DNA of 64,000 nt from contig CAVONW010000003.1 of the NCBI GenBank assembly GCA_963697415.1, positions 2,106,706-2,170,705 of the forward strand. Direction: 5' to 3'. The notes under the pieces are model-generated. The model worked only from the letters and a program-made list of their open reading frames with translations, was not told the DNA's origin and searched no databases. Origin of the DNA: an uncultured Chloroflexia bacterium. GTDB taxonomy: Bacteria > Chloroflexota > Limnocylindria > Limnocylindrales > CSP1-4. The position numbers and the translations under genes were made by a program. Within the stretch, counting starts at the first letter, position 1; each line of letters opens with the position of its first letter. Positions 29,816 to 39,268 of the stretch are shown piece after piece.

Positions 29816-30935
29816 TGTCATCGGGAAGAAGCGCTGGTTCTTCGCCTTCTCCCTGCTCATCACGATCCCCGGCCTGATCTTCATCCTCCTCACGCCGTTC
29901 AGCGGCGGACAGGCCGGACTGAAGTTCTCGATCGACTACACCGGCGGCACGACCTGGTCGATCCGGTTCGCCGACGAATCGGTGACCACCGGTCAGGTCC
30001 GGGCCGAGCTCGCCACGCTCGGTCAGGCCGACGCGACTGTCGCTCTCACGGGCAAGGGGTTCTTCGACATCCGGCTCTCCAAGCTCGACCTGCGACACGT
30101 CGAGCCGGCGCCCACGGCGGTGCCCACCCTCGCGCCGGCTCCGACGGCCGAGCCATCCTCGGCTGCCAGCGAGAGCCCCGCCCCGAGTGGCTCCGTCGAA
30201 CCATCCGCCTCCCCAGAGCCCTCCGGCTCGCCCGAGCCGACCGCCATTCCGGGTGCCATCACGCAGGTGCCCACCGAGGGCGAGATCGGCCGGATCGCGA
30301 CGGGCCTGCAGACCGCCCTTGGCCCGATCTCCGAGCAGGCTCAGCTCAGCTCCATCGGTGCGGTCGTGAGCTCCGACCTGATCAACCAGGCCATCATCCT
30401 CATCCTCGTCGGGAGCCTCGGGATCCTCGCCTGGATCACGCTCCGCTTCCGAGACGTGAAGATGGGCGTCACCGCGCTCGTCGCGCTGATCCACGATGTC
30501 ATCGTCGTCCTCGGGGTGTTCGCGATCCTGGGCACGGTGTTCGACGTCGAGATTGACGGCCTGTTCGTGACGGCCATGCTGACGGTCATCGGTTTCAGCG
30601 TCCATGACACGATCGTCGTGTTCGACCGGGTTCGCGAGAACCGGATTCGCCATGCGGGCGAGCCGTTCGCGGAGATCGTCAACCACTCGCTGCTCCAGAC
30701 CTTTGGCCGGTCCGTGACCACGAGCTTCACGGTGGTCCTGACCCTGACGGCGCTGCTCCTGTTCGGCGGCTCGGCAACCGAAGAGTTCGTGCTGGCCCTG
30801 CTCATTGGAATCGTCTCCGGGACGTATTCGTCGATCTTCAATGCGAGCCCTCTCCTCGTCGTGTGGCAGGAGTGGGAGGACCGCCGGCACGGCCGACGGA
30901 GCGGCTCGCCGACCGTCCGCCGAGCCTCCGCATAA
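29808..30935 (+). CDS. secF: protein translocase subunit SecF (with Pro/Ser/Glu-rich periplasmic insertion)
   Basis: GTG overlaps the secD stop. FDVIGKKRWFFAFSLLITIPGLIFIL..., and C-terminal TM bundle GIVSGTYSSIFNASPLLV. Confidence 0.88.
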
Positions 30936-30980
30936 GTCGCCGGAGAGCGGCCGCGCAGCCGGCCGTGGCATCCTGACCTG

Positions 30981-32804
30981 GTGCTCCTCCCGCGGGCCCG
31001 CTGGGTCTTTCCAGAACCGACCTCGCCGACTCCCGATCTCCTCGACGCCGTGGCCGCGCTCGGGCTGGGTCCATGGGCAGCCGCCATCCTGATGCGCCGT
31101 GGCGTGACGGACGTGGCGGACCTGGCGCGGCACTTCGGAGAGCCTCGTGACGGCCTGCATGATCCGGTCCTACTGCCGGACGCCGAGGTCTTCCTCGCCC
31201 GGATCCGGCGTGCCCGGGACGTCGGGGAGACCGTGCTCGTCTTCGGGGACTTCGATGCGGACGGGATCACCGGCCTCGCCATCCTGACCATCGCCCTGCG
31301 CGCCTGTGGCGTCACGGTGGTCCCGTACGTGCCGTCGCGCCTGGAGGAGGGCCACGGGCTCTCGCTCGCGGCGGTGGACACCGCTGCGCGGGACGGCGCC
31401 CGGGTCATCGTCACGGTGGACACCGGCACAACGAGCGTGGCGGAGGTCGCGGCCGCGCGAGCGCGGGGCATCGATGTCCTGATCACTGATCACCATCGCG
31501 TCCCGGCGGACCTGCCCGCCGCCGTTGCGATCGTCAACGCCCATCGGCCAGACAGCCGCTATCCGGACCGGCGCCTGTCCGGGGCGGGGATCGCCTTCGC
31601 CCTGGCGCGACTGCTGCTCGAGGACGCTCCCGAGGCCCTTGCGCTGGCTGACCTCGCCGCGATCGGGACGGTCGCCGATGTGGCGCCGATCCTCGGCGAG
31701 AACCGGGCGATCGTGAGACTCGGTCTGGCGGCCATCCAGGCCGGCGCTCGACCCGGTATCGCCGCACTCCTGGCACGCGCCAACGTCGTGCCTGCGGCGG
31801 TGGATGTCGAATCCCTGTCCTTCGCCATCGCACCGCGCCTGAACGCGGCCGGCAGGGTGGGGGAGGCGATGGACGCCGCTCGGCTGCTGCTGGCCGCAAG
31901 CGCGGAGGAGGCGGCATCGCTGGCGGCGACGCTCGAGTCGGCGAACCTGGAGCGTCGCGACCTGACGAAGCAGGCGGTCGCCGACGCCCGGGTTTCGCCG
32001 GACGCCGTGGATGGCGCCGCCGCGACGATTGTCCGGGGCCCGTGGCCGGTCGGGGTCGTGGGACTCGTTGCCGCCCGCCTGGCCGAGGAACGCGGCCGGC
32101 CCGCCATCGTGGGTGCTGACCTGGGCGCCGTCGTCCGGGCCTCCTGTCGCGGAGACGGGTCGCTGCATCTGGCGGATACCCTCGCCGCGTGTGATGACCT
32201 GCTGATCAGGCACGGCGGGCACGCCGGCGCTGCCGGGTTCGAGATTGCAGCGGACGATTGGCCGGCGTTCCGGGATCGGTTCCTTGGGCTGGCCGCGATC
32301 ACGGACCCGCGGGACGCCGAGCCCGTTCTCAAGATCGATCTCGCCCTTGCCGCCGCAGACATTGACTACCAGCTGCACCGGGACCTCGTGCGCCTTGGAC
32401 CCTGGGGCACCGGCAACCCGGAGCCGGTCGTCGCTGTGACGGGGCTGACCGTGACTCGTGCCCGTGAGGCAAGTGGCGGCCACACGCAACTGGTCCTGAA
32501 GCGTCGGCTCGATGTCCTCGACGGCATCGCGTTCGGGTGGCCCGAATTGGCGACGCAAGTTGCCGAGGGTGATCGCGTGGACGTCGCGGCGAGGCTTGTG
32601 AGTCGTCGATTCGGTGGCGTGGAGTCGCTCCAGCTCGATATCCGCGACGTTGCGCAATCCGGCCATTACTCCCCGACGGCGGCGATCCATCCGAGCGCGC
32701 CCGTGGCGGTGGGCCCCGGCCTGCCCACCGTGGACCCCGGCCTGTCGGCGGTGGGCCCCGGCCTGCCGGTCGTGGCGTCAATCCCCGGGGAATCAGAGCC
32801 GTGA
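30981..32804 (+). CDS. recJ: single-stranded-DNA-specific exonuclease RecJ
   Basis: DHH motifs (VLVFGDFDADGITG, VIVTVDTGT, DVLITDHHRV), DHHA1 (GGHAGAAG), and OB-like C-terminus. The C-terminal tail contains a GPGLP x3 repeat. Confidence 0.85.
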   Translation: MLLPRARWVFPEPTSPTPDLLDAVAALGLGPWAAAILMRRGVTDVADLARHFGEPRDGLHDPVLLPDAEVFLARIRRARDVGETVLVFGDFDADGITGLAILTIALRACGVTVVPYVPSRLEEGHGLSLAAVDTAARDGARVIVTVDTGTTSVAEVAAARARGIDVLITDHHRVPADLPAAVAIVNAHRPDSRYPDRRLSGAGIAFALARLLLEDAPEALALADLAAIGTVADVAPILGENRAIVRLGLAAIQAGARPGIAALLARANVVPAAVDVESLSFAIAPRLNAAGRVGEAMDAARLLLAASAEEAASLAATLESANLERRDLTKQAVADARVSPDAVDGAAATIVRGPWPVGVVGLVAARLAEERGRPAIVGADLGAVVRASCRGDGSLHLADTLAACDDLLIRHGGHAGAAGFEIAADDWPAFRDRFLGLAAITDPRDAEPVLKIDLALAAADIDYQLHRDLVRLGPWGTGNPEPVVAVTGLTVTRAREASGGHTQLVLKRRLDVLDGIAFGWPELATQVAEGDRVDVAARLVSRRFGGVESLQLDIRDVAQSGHYSPTAAIHPSAPVAVGPGLPTVDPGLSAVGPGLPVVASIPGESEP

Positions 32805-34045
32805 ACCCGCGTCGGGCAAGTGCAGGCGACGGACGCCGGAGCCTGTCCATCGCCGGGATTGCACCGGCGGACCTCCTTGCCGGGCTCGGCCTCATCGTGG
32901 TCGGCGCGCTGAGCCTGGCGCTCCTGACGGGTAACCTGCCGCTGGTCCCGGGCGATGGCGGCGGCGGTGGCGGGGACGGTGGTCCGGTCCGCACGCCGAC
33001 GCCGTCGAACGTGGTGATCGTTGATCCGCGGGCAGATGTTCCGGGCACGATCTTGTACGTGAAGGCCGGCAACATCTGGCTCCAGCGCGGACCCAAGGCC
33101 ACCGCCCTGACATCCGGCGGGCGGGACTCGATGCCGTCCTTCTCGGCCGACGGGCAGTGGATCTACTTCATTCGGACGACCGACGAGCCCGGCCGCTGGA
33201 GTATCAACAACCTCACTCGCCGCTTCCTCCTCGCCACACCTTCGCTCATGCGGATCCAGGTAGACGGCCTGGACGAACCAGAGTCGCTCCTGACCGGCAG
33301 GATCGAGACGGGCGCGTTCACCTGGTCCTACTTCATCCGCCAGCCGGTCGCCTCGCCCGACGGCGCCACGGTCGTCCTCGTCACGGACGGACCAAATCCG
33401 TCGAAGAGCGATGTCGTGCTCAAGGAACTCGATCTGGCGACGGGAAAGCTCAGATCCCTGGACGCTCCCGAAGTCGAGCCCCTTGGCCACCAGGATCCCG
33501 CATGGTCGCCGGACGGGCGGTACGTGCTGTTCGTGAAGAATGTCCGTGATGGCTCGCGCGGGGCGCCGGTGATCATGCGCTACGACATGACGACCGGGAA
33601 GTCCGCGACGCTCACCGGACCGGGCTACACGTCTCCGGCGTGGTCGCCCGACGGCCGCTACATCGCGGCGACCCGCACGACGTCCTTCGGGACGGATGTC
33701 GTCATCCTTGACGCGCAGCACGGTGCGGAGCTCCTCCGGGTGACCAAGGACGAACGGAGCTTCGCTCCCGTCTGGTCGCCCGCCGGCAACACGTTGGCCT
33801 ACTTGTCCATTGACGGCGGTGTCACCGATCTGTGGCTCGTGGGGATCAGCGCCACAGCAACGCCCAGTCTCGTTGGGGATCCGCTGGGGCTGACCCTGTC
33901 GGCCGGCCTCGACCCCGCGTCCCGCCCGGGCTGGTGGATTCCCGCGGACGAGCTTCCAACGCCAGCACCGACGACACCGACGACACTCGTGCCGACTCCG
34001 ACAGCCCCGGCCGGCCAGACACCGACGGGTTCGGTCGCGCCGTGA
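32801..34045 (+). CDS. TolB-like / PD40 WD40-like beta-propeller protein with N-terminal membrane anchor
   Basis: Repeated PAWSPDGRYVLFV / PAWSPDGRYIAAT / PVWSPAGNTLAYLS motifs. N-terminal TM helix LGLIVVGALSLALL. GTGA overlap with the recJ stop. Confidence 0.6.
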   Translation: MNPRRASAGDGRRSLSIAGIAPADLLAGLGLIVVGALSLALLTGNLPLVPGDGGGGGGDGGPVRTPTPSNVVIVDPRADVPGTILYVKAGNIWLQRGPKATALTSGGRDSMPSFSADGQWIYFIRTTDEPGRWSINNLTRRFLLATPSLMRIQVDGLDEPESLLTGRIETGAFTWSYFIRQPVASPDGATVVLVTDGPNPSKSDVVLKELDLATGKLRSLDAPEVEPLGHQDPAWSPDGRYVLFVKNVRDGSRGAPVIMRYDMTTGKSATLTGPGYTSPAWSPDGRYIAATRTTSFGTDVVILDAQHGAELLRVTKDERSFAPVWSPAGNTLAYLSIDGGVTDLWLVGISATATPSLVGDPLGLTLSAGLDPASRPGWWIPADELPTPAPTTPTTLVPTPTAPAGQTPTGSVAP

Positions 34046-34917
34046 CGCCCGTGCCCGGGTATCTCCAACGTCTCGCCGACCGGAGTGCGGCCTCGGGGAC
34101 AGTCCTGTGTCTGGGCGTCGATCCGGACATCGCGAACCTCCCACCGGGATTCTCGCGAGACCTTGCCGGCCTCGAGCAATTCGCCCGGCTGCTGGTGGAA
34201 GTGGCCGGCCCGTACGCTGCCGCCGTCAAGCCGAACCTCGCCTTCTTCGAGGCCCACGGCAGCGCGGGCCTCGCCGCGCTGGAGCGCATCAGGGCCACAG
34301 TCCCGGACGGAATCCCGGTTATCGCCGATGCGAAGCGTGGCGACATCGGGTCGACGGCCGCCCGCCAGGCGGTGGCGCTGTTCGATGCGCTGGGCGCGGA
34401 TGCGGTGACCGTGAATCCGTACCTCGGCGGGGACGCGATCGTGCCACTTCTGGAGCGGCTGGACCGGTTCGCGTACGTCCTGTGCCGGACGTCGAATCCG
34501 GGCGCGGGTGAGCTCCAGGACCTCGAGGTAGTCTCCGACGGCACAGCACCGGCAGAGCCGCTCTACGCCAGGGTGGCGCGGCGTGCGCTGAGTTGGGGGC
34601 CTGGTGACACCGTCGGCCTCGTGGTGGGCGCGACCGCCCCGGCCGAGATGGCAGGCATACGTGAGATCGCGCCCGGACTGGTGTTCCTCGTGCCCGGCGT
34701 GGGAGCCCAGGGCGGCGAGATCGTACCGGTCCTGCGCGACGGGCCGGCGATCCTTGGACCCGCCGCGCGGCATCCGGGCGGCGGACTGCTCGTCAACGTC
34801 TCGCGGGGGATCGCGGGAGCGGCGTCGGCACCTCCTGGGACCCAACCGGCCGATCCCGCGGAGCGGCTGGCAAAGGCCGCCGCGGACTGGGCCGGCCGAC
34901 TCCCTGTGCTAACCTAA
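34042..34917 (+). CDS. pyrF: orotidine 5'-phosphate decarboxylase (type 2)
   Basis: VLCLGVDPD...AAVKPNLAFFEAHG...IPVIADAKRGDIGSTA...VTVNPYLG. GTG 34042 overlaps the upstream stop (GTGA). Confidence 0.8.
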   Translation: MTPVPGYLQRLADRSAASGTVLCLGVDPDIANLPPGFSRDLAGLEQFARLLVEVAGPYAAAVKPNLAFFEAHGSAGLAALERIRATVPDGIPVIADAKRGDIGSTAARQAVALFDALGADAVTVNPYLGGDAIVPLLERLDRFAYVLCRTSNPGAGELQDLEVVSDGTAPAEPLYARVARRALSWGPGDTVGLVVGATAPAEMAGIREIAPGLVFLVPGVGAQGGEIVPVLRDGPAILGPAARHPGGGLLVNVSRGIAGAASAPPGTQPADPAERLAKAAADWAGRLPVLT

Positions 34918-34965
34918 CGTCCGTTTCGCGGCGTCCGTCCGCGACGCACTGAGAGCACATCACAG

Positions 34966-35265
34966 ATGCCGTTCAACCTCGGGCCCGGTGAGTTGGTCAT
35001 CATCCTCGTGATTGCCCTGCTCGTGCTCGGGCCGGGCAAGCTTCCCGAGGTGGGTTCGGCGCTCGGCAAGAGCATCCGCGAGTTCCGCAAGGCTGCGACC
35101 GAGGTCAAGGACGCTGCGTCGCTAGACGTCTCTACACCTCCCAAGCCAATCGAGCCGAACACGCTGGCGCCTCGGCCGGCGCCGCCGGCAGCCGAGCCCA
35201 CCGAGACCGCTGCCCCGACAGAGAGCGCCCCATCCGGCTCAGGGCCGGAGACGCCTGAAGCCTGA
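34966..35265 (+). CDS. tatA: twin-arginine translocase subunit TatA/E
   Basis: MPFNLGPGELVIILVIALLVLGPGKLPEVGSALGKSIREFRKA, followed by a Pro/Ala-rich tail. Confidence 0.8.
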   Translation: MPFNLGPGELVIILVIALLVLGPGKLPEVGSALGKSIREFRKAATEVKDAASLDVSTPPKPIEPNTLAPRPAPPAAEPTETAAPTESAPSGSGPETPEA

Positions 35266-35292
35266 CCGGGCGCCGGCCCGTCGACCCACTCC

Positions 35293-36144
35293 ATGACCAT
35301 TGACAAGGATCCGTCGGACCCTGCGCCGGGTGATCCGGACGAAGGCGTGAACGACGCGCCCGAGCCGACGGATTCTGCACCTCAGGATCGCGCCGTGGTG
35401 GCGACCCCAAACGATCGGCCCGCGGGCAACGAGGCGACGAGCGAGTCATCGGCCGCGATGTCCCTGGTGGGCCACCTGTCTGAGCTCCGGACCCGGATCG
35501 CGTGGTCCTTGCTCGCGATCGGGGCTGGCGCCGTCGTCGGCTTTGCGGCCGGCGAGCCGATCATCGCGTTCCTCCGCTCGCCGTTGCCCATCGACCAGGC
35601 GCTCGTCTACACGGGCATCGGCGATCCGTTTTCGATCCGCATCCGGATCGCGATCATCGCCGGGATCATCCTCGCGATGCCGGTGATCCTGTGGCACGTA
35701 TGGCGATTCATTGCCCCCGGGCTGACCGCGCCGGAACGCCGGGCGATCCTGCCCTGGGTCCCGGCGGCGCTCCTCTTCTTCGTGACCGGCGTCGGCATCG
35801 CCTACGTCATCCTGCCGTTCGCCGCCGCGTTTCTGCTGGCATTCCAGACACCAGACCTCCAACCCCTGCTGACCGCCCGCGAGTACTTCGACTTCGTGAG
35901 CACGCTGTTCCTCGCCTTCGGATTGCTGATGGAGTTCCCGATCCTCCTCGTCGGCCTGTCGAAGGTCGGGATCGTGACGTCCGAGCGTCTGCGCCGGTCC
36001 CGGCGCTTGATCGTGCTGGTGATCGCGGTCTTCTCTGCCGTGGCCACGCCGGGCGGCGACCTCGTCAGCCCGGCCGTCCTCGGGCTGACGCTGTACGTGC
36101 TCTTCGAGGGCACGATCGTCGTCATCCGGCGAAGCGGGCGCTGA
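35293..36144 (+). CDS. tatC: twin-arginine translocase subunit TatC
   Basis: ..LVGHLSELRTRIAWSLLAIG.. and six TM helices. The acidic N-terminal 55 aa may be non-translated; an alternative start is ATG 35458. Confidence 0.85.
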   Translation: MTIDKDPSDPAPGDPDEGVNDAPEPTDSAPQDRAVVATPNDRPAGNEATSESSAAMSLVGHLSELRTRIAWSLLAIGAGAVVGFAAGEPIIAFLRSPLPIDQALVYTGIGDPFSIRIRIAIIAGIILAMPVILWHVWRFIAPGLTAPERRAILPWVPAALLFFVTGVGIAYVILPFAAAFLLAFQTPDLQPLLTAREYFDFVSTLFLAFGLLMEFPILLVGLSKVGIVTSERLRRSRRLIVLVIAVFSAVATPGGDLVSPAVLGLTLYVLFEGTIVVIRRSGR

Positions 36145-36176
36145 GCCGCTCGCAGCCCCAGCGTAGACTGACCGGC

Positions 36177-37106
36177 ATGGCGAGCGAGGAACGCATCCCG
36201 CCCGACGGCGGCGAGCCGAACCCGGATCCCGAGACGGGCGCCGACCCTCCCCACGTCGTGATCCTGAGCGGGCTGTCCGGTGGCGGCAAGACCGCGGCCG
36301 CCAAGCTGTTTGAGGACCTCAACTACGTCGTCGTCGACAACCTGCCGGGCGAGCTCCTGGCGAACCTGGCTGATCTGGTCTCGGCAGACCGGACGCGCTA
36401 CGCCCGCGTAGCCATCGTGCTCGATGTGCGGGCCGGTGACGCGGAGACGGCGTACCGGGCGATGCGCGGCGCGCTCGAGGGGCGGGGGATCCGGCCGCAG
36501 GTCTTCTTCCTCGAGGCTCGGGATGATGTTCTGATCCGGCGCTTCTCCGAGACCCGCCATCGACACCCTCTTGGCGAAGGCCGTGGCGTCGCCGCCGCGA
36601 TCGCCGACGAACGAGTCCTCCTGGATCCGGTCCGGGCCGAGTCAGACGTCGTCCTCGATACGTCGGATCTCTCGCTCCGCGAGCTGCGTGAGCGCCTCTT
36701 CGTACGCGTCAGCGGTCTCGTGCCGGACACGATGGCGATCCAGCTGATCAGCTTCGGGTTCAAGTTCGGCGTGCCCCTCGAGGCGGATCTCGTGTTCGAT
36801 GCGCGGTTCCTCCGCAATCCGTACTACATCCCCGAGCTGCGCGACCACTCCGGGCTCACCGAGCCGGTCCGGGACTATGTCCTGGGCCAGCCGGCCACAA
36901 GTCGTTTCCTCGATCTCCTCAAGCCACTCCTCGCGTTCTCGATCCCGGCCTTCAAGGAAGAGGGCAAGAGCCGCCTGACCATCGCGATCGGCTGCACCGG
37001 CGGTCAGCACCGATCGATCGTGCTGGTCGAGGAGCTCGCGACCTGGCTTCGATCAGCAGGCCATGAACCGGTGGGCGTGTTCCACCGCGAGCTGGAGCGC
37101 CGATGA
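36177..37106 (+). CDS. rapZ: RNase adapter / nucleotide-binding protein RapZ (YvcJ)
   Basis: VVILSGLSGGGKTAAAKLFEDLNYVVVDNLP.., and C-terminal ..IAIGCTGGQHRSI. The ORF-track entry 35502..37106 is an artefactual 5' extension through tatC. Confidence 0.85.
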   Translation: MASEERIPPDGGEPNPDPETGADPPHVVILSGLSGGGKTAAAKLFEDLNYVVVDNLPGELLANLADLVSADRTRYARVAIVLDVRAGDAETAYRAMRGALEGRGIRPQVFFLEARDDVLIRRFSETRHRHPLGEGRGVAAAIADERVLLDPVRAESDVVLDTSDLSLRELRERLFVRVSGLVPDTMAIQLISFGFKFGVPLEADLVFDARFLRNPYYIPELRDHSGLTEPVRDYVLGQPATSRFLDLLKPLLAFSIPAFKEEGKSRLTIAIGCTGGQHRSIVLVEELATWLRSAGHEPVGVFHRELERR

Positions 37107-38449
37107 ACCTGCGCCGCTGGCTGACGCCCGGGATCGGGATCAAGCGGTGGCTCGGCGTCGTATTCCTGGGCCTGCTCCTCCTCGCCCTCGCCGTCGCGCA
37201 CGTCGTTCGACAGGTCAGCGCGGGGCTCCAGCCCGGTGGGCCGGTGGGCGCCGTCATCGATGCCGCGACCCTCCAGTTCCTGCCGTACGCCCTGCGCGGG
37301 CTCATCGTCGGGGTACTGGGTGCTGGCTTGGTGGTGATCGGTGGCGTGCGAGTGGTGCGGGCGGTCACGGAGCCGCTGCGCGCGGCGCACGAGGAGCAAC
37401 CCCTGGTCGAGGTCATCTACCAGAAGCGGTTCCTCGCGCGCGGTCCGCGGATCGTGGCCATCGGCGGCGGAACCGGGCTGTCGGCGTTCCTCCGGGGGAT
37501 GAAGGAACACACGAGCAACCTCACCGCCATCGTGACCGTCGCCGACGATGGCGGATCGTCGGGCGCTCTCCGGACGGACCTCGGCATTCCGCCGGTCGGC
37601 GACATCCGAAACTGCATCGCCGCCCTGGCCGACGCCGAACCACTCATGCGGGACCTCCTCGGCTACCGCTTCCCCGCCGGTCAGCCGGACGACCTGCCGC
37701 CGGCCGACACCGTACCCGGTGGCCTTGGTGGCCACGCGATCGGGAACCTGCTGATCGCCGCGCTGACGGCGGTCCAGGGCGGGGACTTCGAGGAGGGTGT
37801 CCGCCGGATGAACCGCGTGCTCGCGGTGCGCGGTCAGGTCCTCCCTGTCTCGCCGACGCCGATCACGCTCCACGCCCGGACCACGAATGGGGTGGTCGTG
37901 TCCGGCCAGTCCAACGTCATGCGCACCGCGGGGATCGAGCGCGTCTGGATCACTCCGGCAGACGTCGCGCCGGCCACTGACGCCCTCGCGGCGATCGCCG
38001 AAGCCGACGTCATCGTCCTGGGTCCGGGCAGCCTGTTCACGAGCCTGCTGCCGGCACTCCTGGTGCCGGGGATCGGCGCCGCAGTTGCCGCGGCGTCCGC
38101 TGTGCGGGTCTACATCTGCAATGTCGCGACGCAGGCCGGCGAGACCGCCGGATACGACCTGGCGGACCACGTGGATGCACTTGCCGCCCATACGAACCCC
38201 GGCCTCGTGGACGTCGTGCTGGCCAATGACCAATTCGATGCTCGCGTGCCCGAACAATGGGTGGCCGAATCGGTCCGGCTTCGGTGGCCCCCGGCGGGCT
38301 CTCGGGCCCCGATTCTCGTCACCGAGGACATCGTCGATCACGGGAATGCCCATCGTCACGATCCGGAACGCCTGGCCGGTGCGGTCCTCCGTATCGCGGA
38401 GCGCGAACTGGCGGCGCGGCGTCGGGCCGGCGCGTCCCGGACGGCCTGA
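37103..38449 (+). CDS. YvcK/CuvA-family (UPF0052, CofD-like) gluconeogenesis/cell-wall factor with N-terminal membrane-anchor extension
   Basis: ..RIVAIGGGTGLSAFLRGMKEHTSNLTAIVTVADDGGSSG.. The first 100 aa or so contain two hydrophobic helices (WLGVVFLGLLLLALAV; LIVGVLGAGLVVIGGV). ATGA overlap with rapZ. Confidence 0.8.
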   Translation: MNLRRWLTPGIGIKRWLGVVFLGLLLLALAVAHVVRQVSAGLQPGGPVGAVIDAATLQFLPYALRGLIVGVLGAGLVVIGGVRVVRAVTEPLRAAHEEQPLVEVIYQKRFLARGPRIVAIGGGTGLSAFLRGMKEHTSNLTAIVTVADDGGSSGALRTDLGIPPVGDIRNCIAALADAEPLMRDLLGYRFPAGQPDDLPPADTVPGGLGGHAIGNLLIAALTAVQGGDFEEGVRRMNRVLAVRGQVLPVSPTPITLHARTTNGVVVSGQSNVMRTAGIERVWITPADVAPATDALAAIAEADVIVLGPGSLFTSLLPALLVPGIGAAVAAASAVRVYICNVATQAGETAGYDLADHVDALAAHTNPGLVDVVLANDQFDARVPEQWVAESVRLRWPPAGSRAPILVTEDIVDHGNAHRHDPERLAGAVLRIAERELAARRRAGASRTA

Positions 38450-38466
38450 AGGGCGACTGGGGCTCG

Positions 38467-39261
38467 GTGAGCACCGCCGACCGGGATCTCGTGGCTGCGA
38501 TGAGGGCAGAGCTTGCCTCGATCGACCCGGCCCGGGCCTGTGACCTCGCCGCGGAGTTGGCCGGCCTCGGGTCGACGCACCGCGCCGCCGACTCCGCGCG
38601 GGACCCCGTCCTGGCCCGCCTCGCGGTTCGACTCGCGCGGCGCGGATCGGCCACGGCCAACGGCTCGTTCGATTGGACGGGCTCGCCGGATCATTGTCGA
38701 ATGGCCTACCTCCGCGGGCTGTTCCTGGCTCGCGGGTCGCTCAGCGTCGCCGGAGCCCGCACCCACCTGGAGTTCGTGGTTGAGGTGGACGAAGCCCCGG
38801 TGCTCGCGGCGTGGCTGGCTAGCGCGGACATGCCCGGCTCGTGGCGCGTCCGGAGAGGTCGTGGCGTCGTGACCTGGAAGAGCGGCGAGACCGTTGGCTA
38901 CTTTCTCCGACGGATCGGGGCCGGAGCGGCGTTGCTGGAACTCGAGGCGCGCCAGGTGTCTCGGACGCTGCGCGGTGAGCTGAACAGGATCCTGAATGCC
39001 GAGTCGTCCAACCTCCAGCGGTCCGTGGCAGCGGCCGGCCGTCAGCTCGCGGCCATCGATCAGCTGCTGGAGGACGGGCGCATGGCAGAGCAGCCGTACG
39101 TGGTTCGGGTCGTGGCGGACGCCCGCCTCGAGACACCGGAAGCGACGCTTGCCGAGTTGGCCGAGCGCCTCGGGTATCACCGGTCTGGTGTGCAGCGCGC
39201 GCTGGAGCGCGTCGAGCGGCTGGCCCTGCACGGCGAGGCCAAGCCCCGGCGTCTGGCATGA
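38467..39261 (+). CDS. whiA: WhiA-like sporulation/cell-division transcription factor (short, 264 aa)
   Basis: Sits in the conserved position after rapZ-yvcK. The C-terminal HTH (..LAELAERLGYHRSGVQRALERVERLA) and a LAGLIDADG-like core are present. N-terminal length is uncertain. Confidence 0.7.
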   Translation: MSTADRDLVAAMRAELASIDPARACDLAAELAGLGSTHRAADSARDPVLARLAVRLARRGSATANGSFDWTGSPDHCRMAYLRGLFLARGSLSVAGARTHLEFVVEVDEAPVLAAWLASADMPGSWRVRRGRGVVTWKSGETVGYFLRRIGAGAALLELEARQVSRTLRGELNRILNAESSNLQRSVAAAGRQLAAIDQLLEDGRMAEQPYVVRVVADARLETPEATLAELAERLGYHRSGVQRALERVERLALHGEAKPRRLA

Positions 39262-39268
39262 TTCGATC

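Noticed and set aside
35502-36176. Long ORF 35502..37106 (534 aa) spanning tatC and rapZ
   Set aside because: Its N-terminal 225 codons are an alternative frame across tatC with Arg/Pro-rich nonsense translation. Genuine RapZ begins at ATG 36177 (MASEER..., P-loop at residues 30-37).
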